64,000 nt of DNA from Escherichia coli. GTDB lineage: Bacteria; Pseudomonadota; Gammaproteobacteria; Enterobacterales; Enterobacteriaceae. The notes under the pieces were generated by a model. It saw only the letters and a program-made list of their open reading frames with translations, did no database searches and was not told where the DNA came from. Shown here piece by piece: positions 47,497 to 61,486 of the stretch (the first letter of the stretch is position 1; each line of letters starts with the position of its first letter). The position numbers and the translations under genes are program-made. Location of the stretch: NCBI RefSeq assembly GCF_003018255.1, contig NZ_CP027440.1. One strand, written 5' to 3'.

Positions 47497-47811
47497 ATGG
47501 ACGACGCTAGTCGGGATCCAGTGATAACCGAAGATGAAATCAGGGAGCTGCAATTTTCTGCCGGGGATGTGGCGGAAATAGAGCAAACGGTCCTCTCTTT
47601 TGTCGATACCCGCCACACCCGCAAAGTAGCGATGGTGGTGGGTAACACTATTAATACCCTCAAAGAGCGCGATGGTCCGCGGTGGGGAAACCTGCCGGAT
47701 ATCTATTGCGCTTATCTTATTAGATGTCTGGTTTTTCGCGGAGAATTAGTGGGATACGGCGATTTGTTTCGTATGCGCTATAGCGAAATTAAGCGACCGA
47801 TTATCTCATGA
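47497..47811 (+). CDS. yjeN: uncharacterised protein YjeN
   Basis: ORF 47476..47811; ATG at 47497 with GGAAAGGA RBS gives 104 aa. Confidence 0.7.
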   Translation: MDDASRDPVITEDEIRELQFSAGDVAEIEQTVLSFVDTRHTRKVAMVVGNTINTLKERDGPRWGNLPDIYCAYLIRCLVFRGELVGYGDLFRMRYSEIKRPIIS

Positions 47812-48122
47812 GTGCGCGCATGTTTATCTTGTGCTGCATCTGGTTTATTGTGGCGTTCCTCTGGATAACCATCACTTCCGCGCTGGACAAAGAGTGGATG
47901 ATTGATGGACGCGGGATTAATAACGTCTGCGATGTGCTGATGTATCTCGAAGATGACGATACCCGTGATGTCGGTGTGATAATGACGTTACCGCTCTTTT
48001 TCCCTTTTCTCTGGTTCGCTTTGTGGCGAAAAAAACGCGGCTGGTTTATGTACGCCACCGCGCTGGCTATTTTCGGCTATTGGCTGTGGCAGTTTTTTCT
48101 GCGCTATCAGTTTTGCTTATAA
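47808..48122 (+). CDS. yjeO: inner membrane protein YjeO
   Basis: 104 aa hydrophobic ORF overlapping the yjeN stop. Confidence 0.7.
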   Translation: MSARMFILCCIWFIVAFLWITITSALDKEWMIDGRGINNVCDVLMYLEDDDTRDVGVIMTLPLFFPFLWFALWRKKRGWFMYATALAIFGYWLWQFFLRYQFCL

Positions 48123-48152
48123 GCCGGATGGGTTCATCCGGCCACAAAGACC

Positions 48153-51100
48153 TTACAAACTTCCCGCCTGACGACCTTTGCCCGCAGAAGTTAATGTTCT
48201 CCCCGTTTGCTTACCATTCAGGCTTTCCAAACGCATCTGGAAGGGCGGGAATGGCATATCAATACCGTGGGCATGGAATCCTGCCAGAATTAGCTGGTGA
48301 ATCTCATGGCGTAGTGGCATACGGTGACCCATCTCAGCGGCGTAAATACGCAGCTCGAAAATTTGAATCCCCTGTTGCAGATCCACCAGGAAGACTTCCG
48401 GTGCTGGGTTATCGATTACCAGCGAGCAGCGACGCGCTGCGGTGAGCAGGATTTCCGTCACTTCTTCACTGTTGGCATCGGCAGGGGCCGGAATCGTCAA
48501 CACCACGCGCGTGACCGAGTCAGAGAGCGACCAGTTGATAAACTGCTCGGTAATAAACGCCTTGTTCGGCACGATAATTTCTTTGCGGTCCCAGTCGCTG
48601 ATGGTGGTGGCGCGGGTGTTAATTTTCGTCACACTACCGGTAAGATCGCGGATCGTTACCGTATCGCCAATGCGAATCGGTTTTTCGAACAGGATAATCA
48701 GGCCAGAGATAAAGTTGGCGAAAATTTCCTGCAAACCAAAACCGAGACCAACACCGAGCGCGGCGACCAGCCACTGCAATTTCGACCACTCAATACCAAT
48801 CATCGAGAAGCCGACCAGCCCGCCAATCAGCATCAGCAGATATTTGGTGATGGTGGTGATGGCGTAGCCCGTACCCGGCGTTAAATCCAGGTGCTGCAGA
48901 ATCGCCAGTTCCAGCAGCGCGGGCAGGTTGCGCACCAGCTGCGTGGTGATGATAAACACCAGAATGGCAATCAGCACCGCACCGAGGGTAATCGGCTCCA
49001 GGCTTTCTACGCCCTGTACCGTGGAAGTGACATCCCACAGCGAAATATTTTCGAGGAAGCCGAAAGCGGAATGGATTTCTGACCACAGCACAATGACCGA
49101 AAGCAGGGCGATCAACATCAAAATTGAGCGCACCAGCCGCAAGGATTGCGCACTGATGGCATCGAGATCGACTTCGCTTTCATCGACTTCAATTGCTCCT
49201 TCCGGGCTACTGTGATGATGCGCTTCCTCTTCGCCACGCGCACGCTGCGCTAACATCTCTGCCCGGCGATGCTTCGCCCGGTCAAACGCCAGCCTGCGGC
49301 GCTGGATCAGCATCCAGCGGCGGATAACGTGATAAACCACCAGTAGCAGGAACCAGATGGCAACCGAGGTTTCAAGCCTCGCTAACAGCGCCTGCGCCGT
49401 TGCCAGATAACCCACCGCCGACGCCAGAATGGCAACCAGCGGTGCGCCAATCATCATGTTCCACAGCATATGGTTGGTAATGTTGTCGCCGCTGCCTTCT
49501 TTGTTGAGATACAGCGGGATCCCGGCCTTTTTCAGACTGAGAGTGACCACCGCCAGCGCACCGCAAATGAGGATAAAGCAAAGCCGTCCCAGCGAACCGG
49601 AGAATTCACGGTCGTCGAGGTTATCGAACATCATCAGCGCCATAATCAGCGGCACAATAAGCCCGATGCTCATCAGGTAGTAGCGCATCCCACGGGAAAC
49701 CCGTTCGCGCGGCCAGCCAAAATGAGCGATAAACAAGCCGTTCGGGCGGGCAAAGGTGGCGCAAATCATCACTACCCACAGCAGCGGCACGGTGGCTGTT
49801 ACGCCATCACCAATCGCGACCGCCAGCGGATAAGGCCACGCCTCGCGCAAGCCGTAACCCAGCGTCATCCACAGCACAGGCAGCGGTGACGCGACGAGAA
49901 TCGACCAGAAAAGAGTGCGTAACGTCAGCCAGAAGTGATCCTGAGTCACTTTGCCGACTTTCGCCGCCGAACGTTCAAGAAAACGGGTGAAATAGCGGCG
50001 CGAGTAAATACTGCAACCGACCAGAATCAACGCGCCAAACAGCGGCAAAATCGTCTCTTTACTGGTCAGCATCATTACACTGGCTTTGCCCAACTGACTG
50101 AAGGTGTCCAGCGAAATGAGACGACGCAGATCCTGGGCGATTTCCAGCGGCCAGGCGATGGTCATCGGGCGCACGTCAGAGGTCCAGAACAGATAGCGGT
50201 GCGTCGCTTCATTCACCTCTTTCAGCGCATCCTCCAGTTGCCCGTTGGAGACTTTCAGCTTGGTCAGTTCCAGTAGTAGCGTGTCTCCACCCTGCAACAA
50301 TGAGTTCAGCAACTCACGCTGAGTGCGTAGCTGTGCTTCCAGAATACGGTTTTGCTCGGCGGTCAGCGGCTGACCGTCGGCCTGATGGATTTGCCGTAGC
50401 AGCGGCTGTTTATTTAGCAGATCCTCATAACGTAACCGTTGCACACGCAACTGCGCCATTTCGGTATCAAGCTGTTGTGGTTTTGGCATTTCCGGTAGCC
50501 GTGCCACCTGCGCCCGCAACGCTTCGCCGAGCAGGTTGGACGAGCCCAGCCATTGCGACTGTTCACGCAGCGTATTCAACGCCTGCCGGACCTGTAACGT
50601 CTGGCTGGCAGCCTGACGCTGTTGCGAGGCAACGAGATCCATCCGCTGCGCCTGTTGATTCAGCGCTGCCGATAGTTCGCGGTTAATTTTGAATTGCGCG
50701 ACGATATCTTTCGGCAAATCGGCACTGTTTTCTGCCAGTAATTCGGTACTTTCCAGCGCCCGCTCCGCCTCAAGCTGACGTTGGCTGTTCAACTGATTAC
50801 GTAAGGCCTGCAAATACGCATCCAGTTGCTGGCTCTCTTTTTCCGCCAGCTCTGAGCGTAAGCGCGCTAATTCCTGACGGTTATTGGCAGACAGCTGCGC
50901 CAGTTCCAGTTCATCGACGAGCGCTTTCAGGCGTGCGGAGTCAGACTGCAACGCGAAATTTTGTGCCTGATTGAGCGGGGAATTGCCGGTAAGCGTCCCC
51001 AGGCGGCGCTCGATTTCATTTAACTGACGGCGGGCATCGGTTTGCTGTTGCGGCAGTTGATTCAGCGAATCGGCAATCTCGCGGGCGCGTTCCTGCTCTT

Positions 51101-51476
51101 GCTGGGCCTGACGGCTTTTATCCAGCAACTGGCTGCTGACCTGGAGAATTTCCTGATTCAGCGCGTCGGTAGACATTCCCGGTGACACGCTGCGCGGTTC
51201 GTCACGCATGTTGTTTAATTGTGCGCGCAGAGTAGCGGAAAGTTTCGGGTAATTATCAATGACTTCTTGATATTGCTTGATGCGCTCAAGGGAACCTTTT
51301 CGTTCCTCAAGCGCATTTAAGGCGGACTGGAGCGCCTCTACGACTTCCGGCTGCGCGGGTTTCGCCGCTTTTGCCTGCTCCAGTTCTTGTGAGATTTGTT
51401 TGCTATCGGGGGCCGTCGCGGCGTACGCCCCCCAACTGAGGCACCAGGCCATCAGAAAAGTGATAATCAGGCGCAC
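48153..51476 (-). CDS. mscM: miniconductance mechanosensitive channel MscM (YjeP)
   Basis: 1107 aa; signal peptide, long periplasmic coiled-coil domain, C-terminal MscS-like channel domain. Confidence 0.9.
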   Translation of the reverse strand: MRLIITFLMAWCLSWGAYAATAPDSKQISQELEQAKAAKPAQPEVVEALQSALNALEERKGSLERIKQYQEVIDNYPKLSATLRAQLNNMRDEPRSVSPGMSTDALNQEILQVSSQLLDKSRQAQQEQERAREIADSLNQLPQQQTDARRQLNEIERRLGTLTGNSPLNQAQNFALQSDSARLKALVDELELAQLSANNRQELARLRSELAEKESQQLDAYLQALRNQLNSQRQLEAERALESTELLAENSADLPKDIVAQFKINRELSAALNQQAQRMDLVASQQRQAASQTLQVRQALNTLREQSQWLGSSNLLGEALRAQVARLPEMPKPQQLDTEMAQLRVQRLRYEDLLNKQPLLRQIHQADGQPLTAEQNRILEAQLRTQRELLNSLLQGGDTLLLELTKLKVSNGQLEDALKEVNEATHRYLFWTSDVRPMTIAWPLEIAQDLRRLISLDTFSQLGKASVMMLTSKETILPLFGALILVGCSIYSRRYFTRFLERSAAKVGKVTQDHFWLTLRTLFWSILVASPLPVLWMTLGYGLREAWPYPLAVAIGDGVTATVPLLWVVMICATFARPNGLFIAHFGWPRERVSRGMRYYLMSIGLIVPLIMALMMFDNLDDREFSGSLGRLCFILICGALAVVTLSLKKAGIPLYLNKEGSGDNITNHMLWNMMIGAPLVAILASAVGYLATAQALLARLETSVAIWFLLLVVYHVIRRWMLIQRRRLAFDRAKHRRAEMLAQRARGEEEAHHHSSPEGAIEVDESEVDLDAISAQSLRLVRSILMLIALLSVIVLWSEIHSAFGFLENISLWDVTSTVQGVESLEPITLGAVLIAILVFIITTQLVRNLPALLELAILQHLDLTPGTGYAITTITKYLLMLIGGLVGFSMIGIEWSKLQWLVAALGVGLGFGLQEIFANFISGLIILFEKPIRIGDTVTIRDLTGSVTKINTRATTISDWDRKEIIVPNKAFITEQFINWSLSDSVTRVVLTIPAPADANSEEVTEILLTAARRCSLVIDNPAPEVFLVDLQQGIQIFELRIYAAEMGHRMPLRHEIHQLILAGFHAHGIDMPFPPFQMRLESLNGKQTGRTLTSAGKGRQAGSL

Positions 51477-51497
51477 GTCAGCGTTTCCTTTGATGGA

Positions 51498-52466
51498 TTA
51501 GACCTGGTCTTTGTTGTCGTCAACCAATGGGTTGGCGTCGTGTTCTGCTTCGATCTCTTCAGCAGGAAGCGGGGCCGGTTCAGCGTCTGGTGTAACAAAG
51601 GTTTCGGTAGATACTGCCAGCGGCTGGCCAATTTTCGTGACAGACAGGCTTTCCAGTTGCTCAACCAGATTCACTTTACCCGGTGCAAACAGGTTGATAA
51701 CGGTGGAACCGAGTTTAAAGCGACCCATTTCCTGGCCTTTCAGCAGTGCCACAGAACCGTCGTTTTCCCCGGCAGGCCAGGTCCAGCGCTTGATGATACC
51801 TTCGCGCGGCGGCGTAATGGTGCCCGCCCAGACCGTCTCAATGCTGCCTACAATCGTCGCCCCGACCAGAATCTGCGCCATTGGGCCAAATTCGGTATCG
51901 AACAGGCAGATCACGCGTTCGTTACGGGCAAACAGATTCGGCACGTTCTGAGCGGTGAGATGGTTAACGGAAAAGAGATCGCCCGGCACGTAGATCATCT
52001 CACGCAGAATACCGTTGCACGGCATGTGTACGCGGTGGTAGTCACGTGGGGAGAGGTAAGTGGTCACAAACGTACCGTTGCGGAACAGGTCCGCCATCAG
52101 ATAGTTGCCAGCCAGCAGGGCTTCGAGGCTGTAGTTGTGGCCTTTGGCTTGCAGGATTTTATCTTCTTCGATTTTACCCAACTGGCTGATAACGCCATCG
52201 GCAGGCATAACCAGTACATTCGGATCGGTATCGATTGGGCGTACTTCGTCACGCAGCGGACGGACAAAGAATTCGTTAAAGGTGCGGTAGCTGGCGGTGT
52301 CCGGCTTTTGCGCCTCTTTCATATCGACCTTGTAGTATTTAACGAACAGATCGATAACCAGTTTTGTCAGCCATCCTGCCCGCTTGCTTGCGCCCCAACC
52401 CGCCAGGCGAGTAAGCCATAGTTTCGGCAGAATGTACTGTAGCGAAAGTTTAAATGAATTTAACAA
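51498..52466 (-). CDS. psd: phosphatidylserine decarboxylase proenzyme
   Basis: 322 aa with the LGST self-cleavage motif (FKLGSTV) near the C-terminus. Confidence 0.95.
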   Translation of the reverse strand: MLNSFKLSLQYILPKLWLTRLAGWGASKRAGWLTKLVIDLFVKYYKVDMKEAQKPDTASYRTFNEFFVRPLRDEVRPIDTDPNVLVMPADGVISQLGKIEEDKILQAKGHNYSLEALLAGNYLMADLFRNGTFVTTYLSPRDYHRVHMPCNGILREMIYVPGDLFSVNHLTAQNVPNLFARNERVICLFDTEFGPMAQILVGATIVGSIETVWAGTITPPREGIIKRWTWPAGENDGSVALLKGQEMGRFKLGSTVINLFAPGKVNLVEQLESLSVTKIGQPLAVSTETFVTPDAEPAPLPAEEIEAEHDANPLVDDNKDQV

Positions 52467-52562
52467 GGTAGCCTCCAGGCCATTGTTTTGTCGTTCCTGA
52501 TCCGGCCTACATGCCGGATCCTGAAAAAAAGGGGACGATTCTAACGACGGTTAGCTTAATTG

Positions 52563-53615
52563 TCAGTCATCCGTATCAGAAAAGTTTTTACGCGTTTTTA
52601 CCTGCGCCATGCTTTCCAGAATACGGTGATAGTTTTCGAAACGGGTTTCCGCGATTTTTCCTTCCTCAACCGCTTCCCGGATAGCGCAGCCCGGATCGGT
52701 ATCGTGTTTGCAATCGCGATATTTACACAGACCTAAGTAGTCATGGAATTCGACAAAGCCCTGAGTGATTTGTTCCGGCTCCAGGTGCCAGAGGCCGAAC
52801 TCACGCACTCCTGGGGAGTCAATCACATCACCGCCGTGCGGGAAGTGATACAGCCGAGCGGCGGTCGTGGTGTGCTGACCGAGACCCGAGTTGTCAGAGA
52901 CATCGTTGGTCAGGATCTCTTTTTGCAGACCCAGCAATGCGTTCAGCAGGCTGGATTTGCCAACGCCAGACTGCCCGGCAAAAATGCTGATGCGCCCGGT
53001 CAACGCCTCTTCCAGCGGTTTCAGCCCATCCTGAGTATGACTGGAAACCATCAATACGCGATAACCGATATTGCGGTAGATATCCATCTGCTCGTTGACG
53101 AATGCCATGCCTTCGTCGTCCAGCAGGTCTATCTTGTTGAGCACAATAATCGGCTCAATCTGCAAGGTTTCGCAGGCCACCAGGTAACGGTCGATAATAT
53201 TGAGCGACAGCTCCGGCAAAATGGCGGAGACAATGACAATCTGGTCGATGTTGGCAGCAATAGGTTTCACACCGTCGTAAAAATCCGGGCGCGTCAACAC
53301 TGAGGTGCGCTCATGCACCGCTTCCACGATCCCTTTGACATTTACGCCTTCCGCCGCTGGTTTACCCGGACGCCAGACTACGCGGTCGCCGGTCACCAAC
53401 GAACGGATGGTACGGCGAATATTGCAGCGGTGAACGTCGCCATCGGCGGATTCCACATCAGCGTGCATACCAAAGCGGCTGATGACGATACCTTCATCAG
53501 GCTCGCCAAACAGATTGTCGTCGTAGTCGGGCTTCTCCTTAGACGTTTTAAGACGACGCTGGTGATTGGCGTTCACGCGGCGCTGCTGGCCTTTGGAGAG
53601 TTTATTTTTACTCAA
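52563..53615 (-). CDS. rsgA: ribosome small-subunit biogenesis GTPase RsgA
   Basis: ORF 52563..53648; TTG start at 53615 ((M)[12 protein letters not shown]) gives 350 aa; GTPase motifs and C-terminal zinc cysteines. Confidence 0.9.
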
Positions 53616-53709
53616 TCGTACAGACTCCTGGTCGCCCCTGATGGGCAAAACATCTATGATACACGCAATTGTGGATCAATATAGTCACTGTGAATGGGTG
53701 GAAAATAGC

Positions 53710-54255
53710 ATGAGTGCCAATGAAAACAACCTGATTTGGATCGATCTTGAGATGACCGGTCTGGATCCCGAGCGCGATCGCATTATTGAGATTGCCACGC
53801 TGGTGACCGATGCCAACCTGAATATTCTGGCAGAAGGGCCGACCATTGCAGTACACCAGTCTGATGAACAGCTGGCGCTGATGGATGACTGGAACGTGCG
53901 CACCCATACCGCCAGCGGGCTGGTGGAGCGCGTGAAAGCGAGCACGATGGGCGATCGTGAAGCTGAACTGGCAACGCTCGAATTCTTAAAACAGTGGGTG
54001 CCTGCGGGAAAATCGCCGATTTGCGGTAACAGCATCGGCCAGGATCGTCGCTTCCTGTTTAAATATATGCCGGAGCTGGAAGCCTACTTCCACTACCGTT
54101 ATCTCGATGTCAGCACCCTGAAAGAGCTGGCGCGCCGCTGGAAGCCGGAAATTCTTGATGGTTTTACCAAGCAGGGGACGCATCAGGCGATGGATGATAT
54201 CCGTGAGTCGGTGGCAGAACTGGCTTACTACCGCGAGCATTTTATCAAGCTGTAA
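53710..54255 (+). CDS. orn: oligoribonuclease
   Basis: ORF 53566..54255; start at [23 protein letters not shown] gives 181 aa; DEDDh exonuclease motifs. Confidence 0.93.
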
Positions 54256-54380
54256 AATTTTTCCTGGTCACGTAAGCGCCGGAATCCACTTGCGGCGGCG
54301 TGATTTTGACGCTAAATTGAACGTCTTGCTGATAATTTCAGCACTTGAGATAAAAACTCAAAAAAAATTTTTTAGGGGGG

Positions 54381-54408
54381 TTGCAGAGGGAAAGATTTCT
54401 CGTATAAT
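54381..54408 (+). promoter_or_regulatory. glyVXY tRNA operon promoter
   Basis: TTGCAG (-35), 16 bp spacer, TATAAT (-10), upstream A/T-rich UP-like tract and GC-rich discriminator GCGCCTCCCG typical of stringently controlled stable-RNA promoters. Confidence 0.65.
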
Positions 54409-54465
54409 GCGCCTCCCGTAACGACGCAGAAATGCGAAAATTACGAAAGCAAAATTAAGTAGTAC

Positions 54466-54541
<76 letters not shown>

Positions 54542-54698
54542 AAATTTGAAAAGTGCTGCAAAGCACAGACCACCCAATCGCAGTATTTCGAATTGCGACA
54601 AGGCGGCAACTGAACGAATCCTTGGGAACTTACAAAAGTAAGTGACTAAGGTGAGTGAAGGCAGCCAAGGCAGTAGCGGTTCGAAAGACGAAGATTAA

Positions 54699-54774
<76 letters not shown>

Positions 54775-54809
54775 AAATTTGAAAGTGCTGTAAAGCACAG
54801 ACCACCCAA

Positions 54810-54885
<76 letters not shown>

Positions 54886-54899
54886 AATTCTTCTCTCAA

Positions 54900-55160
54900 T
54901 AAAATATCCACAGCGACGCGATGCGTTATTGCTGGTTTTTGTTGTCTCTGACAAACTCTTGTAAACAGAGTTATCCACAGCCTCAGGCCGTAATCTTAAT
55001 TTCAAAGAAACTTCGCACGGTGAATAGTATTTTTTTAACCTATTGATAGATAAGTTAAAAATTAAGATTTCGTTTTGTCGAGTCGATCACTTGACGATTT
55101 TATTCGTCTTGAATTGCAATGCGTTTTTATTTTTATTCACAAGCTGTGGATGAATCAGGC
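54900..55160. promoter_or_regulatory. datA: DnaA-box cluster, probable datA (DnaA titration) locus
   Basis: Three DnaA-box-like 9-mers: ATATCCACA (54904-54912), perfect TTATCCACA (54971-54979), and TGTGGATGA (55145-55153, reverse complement TCATCCACA). datA maps downstream of glyVXY in K-12 (recalled); extent here is approximate. Confidence 0.5.
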
Positions 55161-56292
55161 GTCACGCGGTAACCCTTTTTCAATCACCCGAACCAGACGC
55201 TGTTTTTTGGGTAATTGCACTTCGACCACGCACGCATTTCGCCTCTCGATTTGCTGCGCAATCGCCCACGCTATGTGCTCATCAAGAAGTGGGTGCTCAC
55301 CTTTACGACTTTCCAGCGCTGTCAAAATCGTTTCATCCCAGGGGGCATTGCCTAATGCTACGGCGATATTACGCAGCCAACGCAGGTGACCTATACGGCG
55401 AATCGCCGAACCTTCCGTGACTTTTAAAAACTTCTCTTCACTCCAGGCGAATAACTCAATGAGTTCCGGTGCGTGTAGCGGCTTACGCGGGCTGAAATCG
55501 TCTTCTGTAGTGAGTTGCGAATAGCGATTCCACGGGCAGATAAGCTGGCAGTCATCGCAACCGTAAATACGGTTTCCCATTAACGGTCGCAACTCTTCCG
55601 GGATCGCCCCTTCCAGTTCGATGGTGAGATAAGAGATACAGCGGCGAGCATCGACGGTATATGGCTCGACGATGGCACCGGTCGGGCAAATCGTCATACA
55701 GGCCACGCATTTACCGCATCCTTCCTCGACTGGTTGATCCACGGGCAGCGGAATATCGACCAGCAATTCGCCTAAAAAGAAGAACGAACCGGCCTCGCGA
55801 TTGAGGATAAGTGAGTGCTTACCTGTCCAGCCAAGACCTGCTTTTTCAGCTAACGGGCGCTCGAGAATAGGCGCAGAATCGACAAACGGTCTAAAATTCA
55901 GCGAAACACAATGTTGCTGAATCATCTCGCCCAGCTTTTTGAGTCGGTTGCGCAGAAGCTTGTGATAGTCACGGCCCAGCGCATAACGGCTAACATAGCC
56001 GAGTTTGGGATTTTTCAGCGTGCTGGCAAATGCGGCGTTAGCAGGAAGGTAATTCATCCGAACGCTGATCACGCGCAGCGTACCGGGCAATAATTCGTGA
56101 GGACGAGCACGCAGCATACCGTGACGCGCCATCCAGTCCATTTCGCCGTGGTATTGTTTGTCCAGCCATGCTTGCAGTTTGGGCTCGGACGCGCTGAGAT
56201 CGGTATCGGTAATACCTACCTGCTGAAAGCCCAGTTCCAGCCCCCACTGTTTAATATTTTGCGCTAATTGATTGAGATCGAGGGGCTCTGAC

Positions 56293-56294
<2 letters not shown>
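55155..56294 (-). CDS. queG: epoxyqueuosine reductase QueG
   Basis: ORF 55155..56402; start at MSEPLDLNQLAQ gives 379 aa; 4Fe-4S ferredoxin-type cysteine motifs (CGKCVACMTICP, CDDCQLICP). Confidence 0.9.
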
Positions 56295-58273
<1,979 letters not shown>

Positions 58274-58291
58274 CCTTTGAAAGGTGGCGGG

Positions 58292-59629
58292 ATGATGTAT
58301 CGCATCAGAAATTGGTTGGTAGCGACGTTGCTGCTGCTGTGCGCGCAGGTGGGTGCCGCGACGCTCTCTGATATTCAGGTTTCTAACGGTAATCAACAGG
58401 CGCGGATAACGTTGAGTTTTATTGGCGATCCTGATTATGCGTTTAGCCATCAAAGCAAACGCACCGTGGCGCTCGATATCAAACAAACGGGCGTGATTCA
58501 GGGACTGCCGTTGTTGTTCAGCGGCAATAATCTGGTGAAGGCGATTCGCTCTGGAACGCCTAAAGATGCACAAACGCTACGGCTGGTGGTCGATCTTACC
58601 GAAAATGGTAAAACCGAAGCGGTGAAGCGGCAGAATGGCAGCAATTACACTGTCGTCTTTACGATTAACGCCGATGTGCCGCCACCGCCTCCTCCGCCGC
58701 CTGTGGTTGCGAAACGCGTTGAAACGCCTGCGGTTGTCGCACCGCGCGTCAGCGAACCGGCGCGCAATCCGTTTAAAACGGAAAGTAACCGCACTACGGG
58801 TGTTATCAGCAGTAATACGGTAACGCGTCCGGCAGCGCGTGCGACGGCTAACACTGGCGATAAAATTATCATCGCTATTGATGCCGGACACGGCGGTCAG
58901 GATCCTGGCGCTATCGGCCCCGGTGGTACGCGGGAGAAAAATGTCACCATCGCCATCGCGCGTAAATTGCGTACTTTGCTCAATGACGATCCGATGTTTA
59001 AAGGCGTTTTAACCCGTGACGGGGATTACTTTATCTCGGTGATGGGGCGCAGCGATGTGGCACGTAAGCAAAACGCCAATTTCCTCGTGTCGATTCACGC
59101 TGATGCCGCACCGAACCGCAGTGCGACTGGCGCTTCCGTATGGGTGCTCTCTAACCGTCGCGCCAACAGCGAAATGGCCAGCTGGCTGGAGCAGCACGAG
59201 AAACAGTCGGAGCTACTGGGCGGAGCGGGCGATGTGCTGGCGAACAGTCAGTCTGACCCCTATTTAAGCCAGGCGGTGCTGGATTTACAGTTCGGTCATT
59301 CCCAGCGGGTAGGGTATGATGTAGCGACCAGTATGATCAGTCAGTTGCAACGCATTGGCGAAATACATAAACGCCGACCAGAACACGCGAGTCTCGGCGT
59401 TCTGCGTTCGCCGGATATTCCGTCAGTACTGGTCGAAACCGGTTTTATCAGTAACAACAGCGAAGAACGTTTGCTGGCGAGCGACGATTACCAACAACAG
59501 CTGGCAGAAGCCATTTACAAAGGCCTGCGCAATTACTTCCTTGCGCATCCGATGCAATCTGCGCCGCAGGGTGCAACGGCACAAACGGCCAGTACGGTGA
59601 CGACGCCAGATCGCACGCTGCCAAACTAA
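58292..59629 (+). CDS. amiB: N-acetylmuramoyl-L-alanine amidase AmiB
   Basis: ORF 58277..59629; start at [19 protein letters not shown] gives 445 aa; Amidase_3 domain; internal run of eight prolines. Confidence 0.93.
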   Translation: MMYRIRNWLVATLLLLCAQVGAATLSDIQVSNGNQQARITLSFIGDPDYAFSHQSKRTVALDIKQTGVIQGLPLLFSGNNLVKAIRSGTPKDAQTLRLVVDLTENGKTEAVKRQNGSNYTVVFTINADVPPPPPPPPVVAKRVETPAVVAPRVSEPARNPFKTESNRTTGVISSNTVTRPAARATANTGDKIIIAIDAGHGGQDPGAIGPGGTREKNVTIAIARKLRTLLNDDPMFKGVLTRDGDYFISVMGRSDVARKQNANFLVSIHADAAPNRSATGASVWVLSNRRANSEMASWLEQHEKQSELLGGAGDVLANSQSDPYLSQAVLDLQFGHSQRVGYDVATSMISQLQRIGEIHKRRPEHASLGVLRSPDIPSVLVETGFISNNSEERLLASDDYQQQLAEAIYKGLRNYFLAHPMQSAPQGATAQTASTVTTPDRTLPN

Positions 59630-59638
59630 GGACGATTG

Positions 59639-61486
59639 ATGCCAATTCAGGTCTTACCGCCACAACTGGCGAACCAGATTGCCGCAGGTGAGGTGGTCGA
59701 GCGACCTGCGTCGGTAGTCAAAGAACTGGTGGAAAACAGCCTCGATGCAGGTGCGACGCGTATCGATATTGATATCGAACGCGGTGGGGCGAAACTTATT
59801 CGCATTCGTGATAACGGCTGCGGTATCAAAAAAGACGAGCTGGCGCTGGCGCTGGCGCGTCATGCCACCAGTAAAATCGCCTCTCTGGACGATCTCGAAG
59901 CCATTATCAGTCTGGGCTTTCGCGGTGAGGCGCTGGCGAGTATCAGTTCGGTTTCCCGCCTGACGCTCACTTCACGCACCGCAGAACAGCAGGAAGCCTG
60001 GCAGGCCTATGCCGAAGGGCGCGATATGGACGTGACGGTAAAACCGGCGGCGCATCCTGTGGGGACTACACTGGAGGTGCTGGATCTGTTCTACAACACC
60101 CCGGCGCGGCGCAAATTCCTGCGCACCGAGAAAACCGAATTTAACCACATTGATGAGATCATCCGCCGCATTGCGCTGGCGCGTTTCGACGTCACGATCA
60201 ACCTGTCGCATAACGGGAAAATGGTCCGCCAGTACCGCGCCGTGCCGGAAGGTGGACAAAAAGAGCGCCGTTTAGGGGCGATTTGCGGCACCGCTTTTCT
60301 CGAACAAGCGCTGGCGATTGAATGGCAACACGGCGATCTCACGCTGCGCGGCTGGGTGGCAGATCCGAATCACACCACGCCCGCACTGGCGGAAATTCAG
60401 TATTGCTACGTGAATGGTCGCATGATGCGCGATCGCCTGATCAATCATGCGATCCGCCAGGCCTGCGAAGACAAACTGGGGGCCGATCAACAACCGGCGT
60501 TTGTGTTGTATCTGGAGATCGACCCGCATCAGGTGGACGTCAACGTACACCCCGCCAAACACGAAGTGCGTTTCCATCAGTCGCGTCTGGTGCATGATTT
60601 TATCTATCAGGGCGTACTGAGCGTGCTACAACAGCAACTGGAAACGCCGCTACCGCTGGACGATGAACCCCAACCTGCACCGCGTGCTATTCCGGAAAAC
60701 CGCGTGGCGGCGGGGCGCAATCATTTTGCTGAACCGGCAGTTCGTGAGCCAGTAGCTCCGCTTTACACTCCTGCGCCCGCCTCAGGCAGTCGTCCGGCTG
60801 CCCCCTGGCCGAATGCGCAGCCAGGTTACCAGAAACAGCAAGGTGAAGTGTATCGCCAGCTTTTGCAAACGCCCGCGCCGATGCAAAAACCAAAAGCGCC
60901 AGAACCGCAGGAACCTGCACTTGCGGCGAACAGTCAGAGTTTTGGTCGGGTACTGACTATCGTCCATTCCGACTGTGCGTTGCTTGAGCTCGACGGCAAC
61001 ATTTCACTTTTAGCCTTGCCAGTGGCAGAACGTTGGCTGCGTCAGGCACAATTGACGCCGGGTGAAGCGCCCGTTTGCGCCCAGCCGCTGCTGATTCCGC
61101 TGCGGCTAAAAGTTTCTGGCGAAGAAAAATCTGCATTAGAAAAAGCGCAGTCTGCCCTGGCGGAATTGGGTATTGATTTCCAGTCCGATGCGCAGCATGT
61201 GACCATCAGGGCCCTGCCTTTACCCTTACGCCAACAAAATTTACAAATCTTGATTCCTGAACTGATAGGCTACCTGGCGAAGCAGTCCGTATTCGAACCT
61301 GGCAATATTGCGCAGTGGATTGCACGAAATCTGATGAGCGAACATGCGCAGTGGTCAATGGCGCAGGCCATAACCCTGCTGGCGGACGTGGAACGGTTAT
61401 GTCCGCAACTTGTGAAAACGCCGCCGGGTGGTCTGTTACAATCTGTTGATTTACATCCGGCGATAAAAGCCCTGAAAGATGAGTGA
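59639..61486 (+). CDS. mutL: DNA mismatch repair protein MutL
   Basis: 615 aa [39 protein letters not shown]... (GHKL ATPase). Confidence 0.97.

Noticed and set aside
52498-52524. Palindrome GATCCGGC ctacat GCCGGATC between rsgA and psd, possibly a REP-like element or terminator
   Set aside because: It only partly resembles the REP consensus and lacks a correctly oriented T-run for either neighbouring gene; too weak to call.
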